From positions 5,768,001 through 5,832,000 of the forward strand of contig CM097885.1 in assembly GCA_044892525.1 (NCBI GenBank): a stretch of 64,000 nucleotides of DNA, in the 5' to 3' direction. This document shows positions 1 to 64,000 of the stretch, in pieces. The position numbers and the translations under genes are program-made. How positions within the stretch are numbered: position 1 is the stretch's first letter; each line of letters starts with the position of its first letter. Source of the DNA: Schmidtea polychroa. Taxonomy: Eukaryota. A model generated the notes under the pieces. It saw nothing but the letters and a program-made list of their open reading frames with translations. It searched no databases and was not told where the DNA came from.

Positions 1-907
1 CTAAAAATCTTCCCTATCTCTAATATTATTCATATGCAATCCTTTCTTTAAAACGTTTCTTGTAATACCGGATAGAGGCTATTAAGTAACCATTCACAAA
101 CATCGGAGAGACAAAAGCTGCAATTGAGAACCATTTAATTGAATTATGTGATTACGAATAGTTCTAATATATATTTTGACAGAGGTAAAGCCGAGAAAAT
201 CCTTAAATACATTTAGTTACAGCTGGTTTCAATAAGTGACACAAGTATAAATGTGAAAGAGCCTCGTGAAAACATCGTTATAAATAAATAAATAGAGTTA
301 AGAAATAAATGATTTACTCGAATAATTGCCGTATACTGAGTTAGCAAAGGCAAATAGCTAATATCACAACTGGCTGTGCTGTACTCATTCCTATTGGTTT
401 TGCCCCATTGGCTCCATCAAGCGAGGCCAATGACAATTCATCTATTTTCACATATTACCATTACCATTGCATGCAACACATTTCCATTGACTGCCATTTT
501 ATTCATCAGAATATCACTCATATATATATATATATATTTCTTTTGCTATTACCTTAGAGATCGCATTGTAATCATTTATATTATATCTGGCTAACTTTTG
601 ATCTTTCCACAATATTTTCTTTACTTGACTCAGTAACATTGATAGCAGTTGGTGTCAATATATGTTGTCATTATTAACCTTCGCATATCTCCACTCTTCA
701 TTCAATTCCTTAGCAAGGTGTCACATATGATAATTCATAATTCAATATCATTCACGCAAAATTCTTTTTCATTTTTAATAAATCCTTTTCAAATAATCCC
801 ACAAACAAAAAATGACCGTCAAAGCAAAACCAAAATTTTCATTATTTATATGAATCTCTATGCTGCTTTCCATTGATATTGCCTGACATTTGTCATCCGT
901 TTAATAA

Positions 908-53124
<52,217 letters not shown>

Positions 53125-54111
53125 TATTATCGATTTGATATTTATCTGTCTGTCTGTCTGTGTGTGATTGAGTGTGTGTGATCAATGGTCATTGATCAGG
53201 AATATCAGATTAATCCATTGTGATTGGTTGCTGATATTGAACCAATTAAACTGAACAATTGTGATGATTGGTGCTCAACGATTGATCGATCCCATTGATT
53301 GATTGTTCACCAATACTAACTAACAACTGATTGTGTATCCAATAGGTCAATAGATTGCTAGGTCACATGATGACCCCGTGATACAATATAATACATAAAT
53401 TAATAATAATAATATATCGATATAGTGATAGATTTGTTTGTCTGATTTCTATTGATATTTGTACAGTTTGTTCATTTAGATGATAAATTTGCTTTCTGCG
53501 CATGTATTTCTATCTGACAATGTCTCTTTGTGTGTGTGTGGATGTACAGATTGGCCGTGATCGTAATGACGTAATCATTACGTTTTTGAAAATTTCCTTG
53601 ATTCATTTATCTATGAATTATTGTACTTTACCTAATATTACTTTCATTTCGATTTGCTAAGCACTTCAATTGATTTATTATTATTGATTATTAGTAATAA
53701 TTATTGATTATTTATTTATTGATTAATTATTATTGACTTATTATTTTATACATTATCGGTTACTGTTATAGTATATCGATTATTTTATATATTTATTGAT
53801 CTATTATTATCTATTGATTATTGATTTATTAGTAAGTAATTATTTTTGTTTATATTATTGACTTAATAGTATATTGATTTTTTAATATTTTTATTACGTA
53901 TTGATTATTTTCGTTTATTTATTATTGGCTTATTATTATTATTATGGATAATTTTAAATATTGGAATCATGTGTAACCCAATTGCCTGCTCCTATAGCGA
54001 TTCGGTTGGACTAGGATAATGTCAGTTTGGCACATTTCTTATAACACAAATAAATATCATGGAAATTAAAGAATCGAATGATGAAGTTGTGATTTGAGAG
54101 ATGAATTAAAG

Positions 54112-54752
54112 CAGTGCCTGGCAACCCCTGTGTCGCGAGAAGTTTTGGAAAATATTTAGAATTTCAAAATGATTTAAAATTACTAATTTTTTTCAAAAAT
54201 CTTATTGATAAAGGGTTATTTTCATTTTGAGTTCACGTATCTTTCTTGTGACAATGTTTCGATGATTTTCGTACGAGCGCATAATTTGGCTTGATCTAGC
54301 TTGGTATTGTTGAATTGGGTACGAAATATATTACGGTTGAATCGGGTATGGTTGTAAAGCGTTTTCCGACATTATGATTTGCGTAAAGTGTATATAGTGT
54401 TTTTATTTTAAAATATTTAAATAAAAATTAAGTAATATTTAATAGTACTTAGAATCTAATTAAATACAAATAGCAAAAATGTTCTAACATAGTATAATAA
54501 TTATATTCGCATTTGAAGATTTGAAAACAAGTTTGAAAATTAAAATTTATAATTAATGACATAGTTACTAAGTTACTTTAGTTATCTAAGTCTTAGATGT
54601 ACAGATTTGTTATTATGAAAGACGCAAGTGAGAAGAAGGATAAGCCATATGAGATAAAGGATGATAAGGCTATTGTATCATCAAAGTAAAAAAGCGAAAG
54701 TATCAGGATGAATATCTGCAATATGGATTTATTGCATTAGAAAATGACACCT
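54112..54752 (+). mobile_element. hAT 5' fragment
   Basis: TIR-like CAGTGCCTGGCAACC; KRKYQDEYLQYGFI near 54690-54735; ends at a TTAA where piggyBac sequence begins. Confidence 0.6.
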
Positions 54753-55793
54753 TTAATTATTGAAGGAATTTAAAAATATGAAACCTGGATAATCTCTTGT
54801 AAAAAAAGTCTCTCGGTCGAAAATGACCCAAGTGCATTTTTGAACAAATTTTTAGAATTCGAGGCGCAAAAGGATGTTTATTTTTATCACCTTCTAAGAA
54901 GTACTCTTTTTAAGAGACCTTTTAAGAAGTAATTTTTTCAACAAAAGTTGACTGTATAGTTTTCAACAGTCGACTCAAAGTCGCGGACGAGTGTGCATCA
55001 ATAATATTTGTGATACCCGTTTCATCACTTCTTGTTTTTATTGAATTTTTTGCTGGCAAAATTTCAAAAAAACTACATACGTTATAACCTTGGTAAGTGT
55101 TTATTTGAAAGAAAAAACTTTTCATTATTTGATTACCCTTATTTACTATTTTGTGTAGAATTATCATCATGTCAAGACGAATTGAATATAAAGAAGATAA
55201 TTTACTTGAATTTTCATTGGGAATTGATACCTGCTCAGAGACATCAGATCATATTGAAGAATTGATTGAAACTTCGGATAGTGACATAGATGATGTACCT
55301 TCTGGATCTACACCATATATTTCTAAGGATAAAAGTATTGAATGGCAATCAGAGCCCTTTATTCAACATGGCTGTCAATCATCATCAAACGTGATTAGAA
55401 CTACCTTTGGAATCACAAGATATTCAATTTCTCGCATATCAACAGAACTCTCTGCATTTCAATTATTGTTTACAAATTCTAAAAACTATTATTATTCAAA
55501 ATATCAATTTGGAAGGAAATCGCATATATAAAGAGGATTGGAAAAATATTGATATTATCAAATTGTATGCATATACTGGACTTTCATTGTTAGCTGGTGT
55601 ATATAAATTGAATAATGAGACTTTGGAAAAGTTTTGGCATGAAACAAAGGGTCGAAATATATTCAGAGCTACTATGTCACTAAAAAAATTCAAAATTATA
55701 TCAAAAGTCATTCGATTTGATGATCGTATTAAACTAGTTGCTACAAGAAATACTGATAAATTAGCTTCAATTCGAGAACTGTGGAATAAATGA
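54753..55793 (+). mobile_element. piggyBac (PGBD4-like) transposase 5' fragment, frameshifted
   Basis: YISKDKSIEW, NVIRTTFG, LLAGVYK, GRNIFRATMS, IRFDD...DKLASIRELW across ORFs 55151-55531 and 55407-55793. Confidence 0.85.
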
Positions 55794-56141
55794 GTAGGTA
55801 TATAGTAGCGTACGCCAGCAATCGGGAGGGTGGTAAAAAATGTTGCAAATTTTTATTACATAATTGTTACCGTAGACACTTTTTGCTTATTTTGATTACA
55901 TAATTGCTGCCGTAATGCCCAATGTTTTTTTCTGGGATTTTCAATACAAAAAGCCAAGTATAAGTCATTTTTTTGGGTGGGTCTCCTTGATCCTGAGAAT
56001 TTCAATAGAAAAAGGTGGTCAACATTAAAAAAAGCATAGTAAATTTTTAAAATAAAGCATATTATGGGTATTGAATTACAGTAAATTATGGGCTCAGATT
56101 CTTCAATAAAAGTAAATTATAGTTCTAAAATTTAATATTAA

Positions 56142-56597
56142 AGTAAATGATTGGTCTAAAAATTAAATTAAAGTAATCAATGGGTTCATATAAGTAAATT
56201 ATGGTCCAAAAAATAAATTAAATTAAAATTAAGGTTCAGATTTTGGAATTATAGTCAATTATGGGCCTAAAAATTGAATTATGGTCTAAAATTTAAGATT
56301 AAAGTAAATTAAGGTCCAAATTTTAAAATTAAGTAATCAATGATCCAAAAAATTAAATTAAAGTTAAATAAGTAAATTAAAGTAATAATTTTTAAATTAA
56401 AGTATTGTAATAAGTAAATTAAAGTAAGATTTTTAATTTTATTAACAAAAAGTTGGAATAATAGTTGGTGATTGAGAATTGAAATTTTTTAATGAAAATT
56501 TTTATGAAATAATTTTTTAAGTAATTTTTAATAGAAATTTTATTGAAATATTTTTCAATGGTAATTTTAGATGGAAATTTTTATGGAATAATTTTTA
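56142..56597. repeat. AT-rich dispersed repeat with an inverted copy at 62655-63071 plus 63959-64000
   Basis: Sequence alignable by eye as reverse complement over ~450 bp. Confidence 0.85.
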
Positions 56598-57850
56598 AAA
56601 TAATTTTTAATGAAAATTTTTATGAAATATTTTTCAAAGACAAATTTTAATAATAATTCAACATCAAACCAACAACCAGTAACTTACGAACATGTATTTA
56701 CAAGCAGATACCTGCTACCAAGTACTAAAACCAGTTACCAGATACCAAATACTAACAGTCAAAAACAAGCAACCAACTAGGTACCAGATACCAAGTAGTT
56801 ACAACCGACAACAACCAGGTACTAAGCATTATCAACCAACTACTAACAACCAAGTACAGGATACCTAGTACTAAGCACTATCAACTAGATAGCAAGTACT
56901 TACAACCAGATGACCACATGAAATTATTGGTTAAATAAGTAAATTAATGTTTAATTTTTTAAATTAAGTAATGAATGATCTAAAATATTAAAGTTAAAGT
57001 TAATTTAAGATAAAAAGTTTTCTGGGATTTTCAATGTTAATTTTAGATGCAAATCTTCGGCAATCAATGACCACACGAAATTATTGGTTTAATATGAAAA
57101 TAAGGGTTATATTTAGTTGTTAAGTAAATTATGGTGTAAAATTAAGTAATAAAAAATAATTAGGTAAATTAAGGATAAGTAAATTAAAGTTAAAAATTTT
57201 AAATAAGTAAATTAAGGATCAAAATTTAAAATTAAGTAACCAATGTTCTAAAAAATTAAATTAAAGTTAAATAAAGAAATATAAGTAATAATTTTTAAAA
57301 AAGTAATGAAATAAGTAAATTAAAGTAAGATTTTTAAATTTATTATCAAAAGATTGAATCACCAGCAACATTTTTGGAGAAATGTAATTTTTAATGAAAA
57401 TTTAAATGGAAATTTTTTTAAGTTAATTTTTATGAAATATTTTTCAAAGTCAAATGAAAATTTTAATGGAATAATAATAATAATAATAATTCAACAGTTA
57501 CCAACAACCAGATAATAAAAATATTTTTCACTATGTGCTAAGAAATAACTTTCAAATACTTACCACGTGATACCATGTACTAATGCTTTTTAAATTAATT
57601 TTTATCTGTCTTCAACAATATGTTTAATTACAATCAGTAGAAACCTTTTCAAAATGTTTAAATTTAACAAAAATGATGATTTTCATTAAAAATAAATAAT
57701 TTTCAACTCATCACCACGTGGAATTGAGGATAATTTAAATTACAATGAAAACTATACAATTCTAATTCACAAAAGATTTTTTTAATTGATTACTACTGAC
57801 TTATTATTGGAAAGTAAAAATCGCATTCAATAAATACTTATTGTTGATCA

Positions 57851-59865
57851 GTTTTATTATATATACTCTGAGTTTAGCCGACAGGATGTTTTGACCCTCT
57901 AAGGGTATTGGTCATAACTGTACTGCTCGTAATGGTATTCAACCGATTTAATTACAAATTAAAATCACACGATAAATTTCTTCCAATAAAGATCAATCTT
58001 TCTCAACCTTGTCATTCTCCATCTAAATAAAGATAAAAATAATTTAAAGTTGATGTCAATCCCAATTATCTGTAAAGTTTTCATTGTCAAAACCAAGTAA
58101 ATTGATCATTAACACTAGTTAATAAAACCATGGATAATTAATAGAAAATTTAATAAAACATTGTTCTAAAACATAAATCTAAATTAATATACAATGCATT
58201 AATCACAACCTAATAAAACGATATAATTATTATTGATTCATAACTGACTTATGTATTGCCATTTCCCTACAAACATTGATATTTTACCGACATCACCCTT
58301 AAAAATTCATATATTCCTTTCAAAACCCTTCCCTCATTAAAAGCAACCGATTATATCCACCTTAAAGTGAAATATTCCCATCTTAACCGATCCTTCATTA
58401 AATTCAACCGACTATATTTCCCTTAAAGATCATAGTTTCCCCATCTTATTCGATCCCTCATTAAATCCAACCGACCATATCCCCTCAAAAGATCATATTT
58501 TCCCATCTCAACCGATCTCTCATTAACTCTAACCGACAATATCTCATCTTAACCGATCTCTCAGCAAATACTTCTACCCTTTTAAACATCTTTCCGATTA
58601 TATCCCTTAATCCCTTAATTCCTCCTTCAATTCAGTCAATCCTCTAAAAATCCTTAGAGAACTTCAAAAATATGACTTTTCATTAACTGTTATAGACATT
58701 AACCAGACATTCTTTCATTGAAATAATTTAGAAGCTAAATAATAAGACCCAAAATCAAGGAAGGGTAGGAAAAAAATAAATATATTACGTTGCGGCATTT
58801 TAAAATTTAAATATATTTTAGAAACACATTTTGACGCTAAAGTCGACTTATGTAACAAAGACATAATAAACTCATTATTTTCTACAAATATTTCACCCAT
58901 CAAATACCTAACTAGAGATGATATATATTGATTAATCATAATTCTTCGTCGATTCAGCCAATCATTTTCAAGCAATAACAGCAAACTAAATTTCAGTATC
59001 TTACAATAATTTTCAAATAAATTTAAAGTTAACTGGTTTCTTAGCTTAGGTTTTTAAAAGTTCATCAATGTGTAAATGGAAATATTCTTAGAAAATTATT
59101 GAAAAGATTATTGAGTCAAATTCAATTACATTACAAAGTTATCATCAAAAATTTATTCTATCACTTGATTATTATCCTACTTGTCATTAAAATTAATTTA
59201 TATTTAAAAACTATTCAATAAAATACAACTTATTATCAAGAAATTAATTAAATTTATCAATTAAATTTATTAGAATCACAATTAAAACGTTAAATTTAAA
59301 ATATTCTTTCAGTCAACATGAAATTTTTAGAAAACTATTGAAAAAATTACAAAGTCAAATTCAAATACATTTCAAATTTATCATCAAAAATTTATTCTAT
59401 CACTTACTTATTAACCTAATTGTCAATGAAATTAATTTTAATTTAAAATTTAAAAACCAATCAATAAAAATACATCCAATTATCAAGAAATTAATTAAAT
59501 TTACCTTAGAATTAACATTAAATTTTTAAATATTCATTCAATCAACATGAAATTTGCAAAAATGATGGAAATCCACAAAAATAATAGAAATTTACAAAAA
59601 TGATAAAAATTCATAAAAATGATAGAAATTCATAAAAATGATAGAAATTTACTAGAATATTTACTAAAACCATTAACTCTAAAACTCTAAAAAAAATTGT
59701 CTAAATAATCATTCAAATAAAAGCATTAAAACACACCAGTACCTTTATGATCATTACCCTTGCGACATGTTGAATGTGAGTAGTACGAGCAGTACCTTTA
59801 TGACCAGTACCCTTAAAGGTCAAAACATCCTGTCGGATAAACTCAGAGTATATATATAATAAAAC
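57851..59865. mobile_element. Putative non-coding element bounded by ~67-bp inverted repeats (57851-57917 / 59798-59865)
   Basis: TATATACTCTGAGTTTAGCCGACAGGATGTTTTGACC vs GGTCAAAACATCCTGTCGGATAAACTCAGAGTATATA; internal ~55-bp and ~240-bp tandem repeats. Confidence 0.6.
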
Positions 59866-60690
59866 GAATTAACTCATTCAAATTTATCATTGAATCAGTC
59901 AAATTATCACAAATTTTGATAAAAAATCTTATTCTAAAGTGGTAAGCAATTGTAGGATAAAAATGAAAAAGAGAATTATTCTTTAAACTTTGATAAAATT
60001 AACAATGAAGGTGGTAAGAATCTTCAGTAAAGTGAGGAAATTATTCATTACTCGATGATAAATTCAAATGGATTAAAATAATTGGTAGAATAATTCATTA
60101 ATGGATCATGGGAGGTAAATATTGAGAAGTGGCATAGATAAGATGAAGGTTGATAGGAATGGATGTATTGCAACTATTTTATAAAAATCATCACTTTAAT
60201 AAAAAAAAAATTTAAAGAAATATTTGTGGGGATGTTTTAAGTGAATAATTAATCAAAATCGGGGGAATATAATTGATTAAATATGGGGGGGGGGGGGGGT
60301 TAAAGTGTTTAATTAGTGTAAAATCGGGGGGGGGATATAAGTTATTAAATAGTGGAAAATTGGGGGATATAAGTGAAAAAATAGAGGGAAATGGGGGGGG
60401 GTATTAGTGATTAATTAATGGAAAATAGAGATTCAGGGGGAATATAATGGAGGAGAATATACAATTTAAATTATTTTAAACTATTTCATTACAAAAAAAA
60501 ACATGACTATTTTATTACATAACAGGCTGTGAATGGTATTTGATTAAGAAATATTGAATAGGGCTTTTTTTTAATTTTCGACTAAAATAAATTGTAAAAT
60601 AAAGTCTAAAATAATAGCAAATTATTATTAAAATTTATTAATTTACTTTATGTATTTCAAAAACAATTATCATATAAGATAATACTAGAT

Positions 60691-62570
60691 CAGTGTTTCC
60701 CAACCTTTTTTGGTTTGTCGCCCAATTTCGTTAAAATAATTTCTAAATCGCCCACCTATATTTTAAAACTGCAAAAATTCCAAGAAATCTATGTATTGTC
60801 GACACTAAAATTACCGAAATTAATGTGACCCTTGCGCTTGGTGTCCAGCTACTAGTGTATGTATATCAGGTGACATGTTAGTAAGAAACATACGTAGGTC
60901 CCCAGCTTTGCAAATGTCCAGACGATTTCGAGCTTTAGTGAGCAAATTTGTCACCGCACTGAATCCGGCCTCGACCAGCCATGTTGTTGGGAATGCCAGA
61001 ATAAGCAATCCAACTTTGCTCCATAGATGCGGATACCTGGTATGAAACTGTAGCCACATTGATTGATAACCACGGAGGGTGAACGATGCCTTGGCCTCTG
61101 AATCATTCTTCAATTCAAGAAGTTCCTCTTGTAGAATAGCATCTTCGAGAAAAGGCTGTGCATCAAATGGCAAGGTGACCCAATTTGGTATATCGAGATT
61201 CTGCATGTCTGCATAGCGTTTGCGCATATCGTCTTTCAGATTGGTAAGATATTGAGTGAGGCAGACTATTTCTGCATCCGTGATATCATTTGAAACACTG
61301 TTGAAGGAGGCGAAGTTGACAAAATATCTCCGATCTAGTTGCATCCGCCACAAATCCAATTTATCCATGAAAGTTAAGACTTTGGACTTACAGTGAATAA
61401 GGGTAACCCCAGTGCCTTGTAAGTCTCTATTAAGTTGATTCAGCTTATCGAAAATGTCAGCTAGGTAATATATCCTACGTTTCAAGTACAAATCTTGTAG
61501 CTCCATGAACTGCGCGTTGTCGCAAAGAAATGTGCATACTGTGTCAAACAGTTCCACAAATCGACGGAGTCACTTGCCTTTAGATAACCACCTTACCTCA
61601 GTATGCATGAGTAATCTTATATAGTTCTCGTCCTCATTGTAACACAGTTGCTTAAAGAGATGATCGAATTTAGCGTTGGACTTTATGATGTTGACTGCCC
61701 TGATAACGATTTGCAGAGCATGGTGAAGGTCACCGCTGAGTTTCTTTGCAGCTAAATGCTCTCGGTGTAGCATGCAGTGAATGCCGAAAATGTGAGGCAC
61801 GAGATTCTTAAGTCGTGTGATAAATCCTTGATGGCATCCGACCATTGATGGGGCGCCATCAGTGGCACAAGCAAGAATATTAAGAGGAGGAATTTGTTTT
61901 CTGCGAAATAATTTTCTGTGACTCAAAATATAGACTCCCCTGTTGTATCAGACACTACCGTTCACGCGAACAAGAATTCCTCTTTCATGGCCCCATCATC
62001 AATGAAACGGACATAGGCCAATAGTACGGCCTCACTGTCACGAACGGTAGACTCATCTAATTGCATGGTGAAATGTGTGCCTTGCAACTTATGCACAAGC
62101 TGCTCCTCAATGTTCGCTGCCATTACGTCTATTCGACGGGATACCGAGTTGTTGGACAACGGCAATTGGGAGAGGACGTCATGCGGATCTATTTTCATCA
62201 TAGTTTTCATCACCACTCTAAGTGCAGGAATTATGAGGTTCTCCCCGATCGTGTGTGGCTTCCCAGATTTGGCAATTAGCGCTGCTATTTCATAACTAGC
62301 TTCCAATCCGTCCTCGTTCTTTGAATTTTGTGCTTTGAACAGTGAAGTAATTGTTGCATGTTCCTGGTATTCTTTTCCCAATTTCTGGAAATAGGCGAGA
62401 CTTTCAGTAGCCTTATCAGAATGAACTCGACTGAGATGGTCTTTCAGGCGTGAGGGCTTCATTGCTTCATTTGAAAGTCTTTTTACAGAGCAAACACAGC
62501 GGAATGCGCTCATCATGGCAAGCAGTAATGAAGCCAAATTTGAGGTAGTCAATATTATAGCTGCGGGTCA
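60691..62570 (-). mobile_element. hAT (Buster/ZBED5-ZBED8/SCAND3-like) transposase pseudogene with one TIR
   Basis: QLDEST, ATDGAPSM, HCMLH, RWLSKG, VEAGFS; in-frame TGA at 61570-61572 plus frameshifts; TIR CAGTGTTTCCCAACC at 60691. Confidence 0.9.
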
Positions 62571-63052
62571 CAATTTTAATTTTAGGAGTAACTAGATGTA
62601 TTACCCTTTTTATTCAAAATAAGTTAATATTCAAATATAAGTCTTTTAAAATATAAAAATTATTCCATAAAAATTTCCATCTAAAATTACCATTGAAAAA
62701 TATTTCAATAAAATTTCTATTAAAAATTACTTAAAAAATTATTTCATAAAAAATTTCATTAAAAAATTTCAATTCTCAAACACCTACTATTATTCCAACT
62801 TTTTGTTAATAAATTTGAAAATCTTACTTTAATTTACTTATTAGATTACTTTAATTTAAAAATTATTACTTTCATTTACTTATTTAACTTTTATTTAATT
62901 TTTTGGATCATTGATTACTTAATTTTAAAATTTGGACCTTAATTTACTTTAATTTTAAATTTTAGACCATAATTCAATTTTTAGGCCCATAATTGACTAT
63001 AATTCCAAAATCTGAACCTTAATTTACTTTAATTTATTTTTTGGACCATAAT

Positions 63053-63691
63053 TTACTTATATGAACCCATTTGTTTAAATTCAAGATACATAAGATCAAT
63101 TTTATTGTCATCAACATGTCCAGCTACAAAGCCACTGGGATCAGTTTTGAATAATAACGGTTTGTCCATTTCAATATCATAAGATAATGCTATCATTGAA
63201 CAACCTAATGGTCGCATCTCAGCCGATTGGGTGTTAAGCTGATTAATATCCGCAATACAACGACATATTATGTCACAAGGCATTTCATATCCATTTTTAT
63301 ATTTAAATCGAGCTGCTTCCATTTGTACACGACATACTTGAGATCGACAATCAGGGATCATACCAATCATAACACCTCCAGTACTTTCAGTAATATTAAA
63401 CAATCTTGTAGCTGAACTCTTCTCAATCATTTTATCTGGAACTTTTCTTTGTGTAGCTACTACACCACAATTATTGCCTCGAATACCAACGGAAAGCAAT
63501 CTACCAAATAAATTTGATATTAGTTTGCCAAAGACACCATTAACGTTATCAGGATCTCTTGGGGTCATAAAAAAGGAACCATCTGTTTCGTTTGTCGTAT
63601 TTCCCATTTCCATTGAGTTATCAGATTCAAAAGAACATTTATCCTCGATTATATTGCTTGATTCATAAATTTCTTCATTAAAAGCAGCCAT
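63053..63691 (-). pseudogene. PSMA6: Chimeric intronless ORF containing an internal fragment of proteasome subunit alpha type-6
   Basis: SVGIRGNNCGVVATQRKVPDK...YEMPCD...ADINQLNTQSAEMRPLG...FKTDPSG matches PSMA6; the alpha-subunit N-terminal motif and C-terminal third are missing and replaced by unrelated sequence. Confidence 0.8.
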
Positions 63692-64000
63692 ATTTTATCG
63701 GAAAAAATAATTATTCCATAACCTGAAATCGATCAGTAAAACACAAACCAAATCGACACCAGTAACAACTCAAAATTTTTGAAAATACTTGCAATTCACA
63801 ATTAAAACAATGCCAGTTCAGAAGAAAATAAAAATTCCATCCAATCCAAGTTCCAACCACAAAACCATTTTCACCATTTTACGCGTCTGTGTGCACACAC
63901 AACCAAAACACAAAGAAAGTAAAAAGCGCACACAGACGCGAGCATCGACAATTAATCACCATTGATTACTTTAATTTAATTTTTAGACCAATCATTTACT

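Overview
AT-rich eukaryotic (animal; probably flatworm-like, which is inference only) genomic DNA. Most of the window is a + strand multi-exon MRCK/DMPK-family (CDC42-binding) kinase gene, running from 956 to about 53124 with its 5' end upstream of the window. It encodes kinase, coiled-coil, C1, PH, CNH and CRIB regions. An intron between the C1 and PH exons holds a complete, apparently young 16.1-kb Polinton/Maverick (adintovirus-like endogenous virus) at 20109-36211, with AGTAGT termini, ~930-bp near-identical TIRs and a 6-bp TSD (TCCGTA). It carries the core viral genes: packaging ATPase, pX-like core protein, integrase, penton, PZ, major capsid, adenain protease and protein-primed PolB. 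It also carries an accessory arm with a clear TATA-binding-protein (TBP) homolog, an acidic protein, a Cys-rich protein and a possible SSB, plus a RING E3 ligase. At least 9 short spliceosomal introns can be reconstructed in the element's genes, one made almost entirely of ATT microsatellite beside the integrase catalytic Asp. PolB and the protease each show a single-base frameshift. The rest of the window is TE debris (hAT, piggyBac, Tc1/mariner, Penelope, a SINE with a degenerate hammerhead), mini/microsatellites, and a chimeric intronless proteasome alpha-6 fragment inserted into a repeat.
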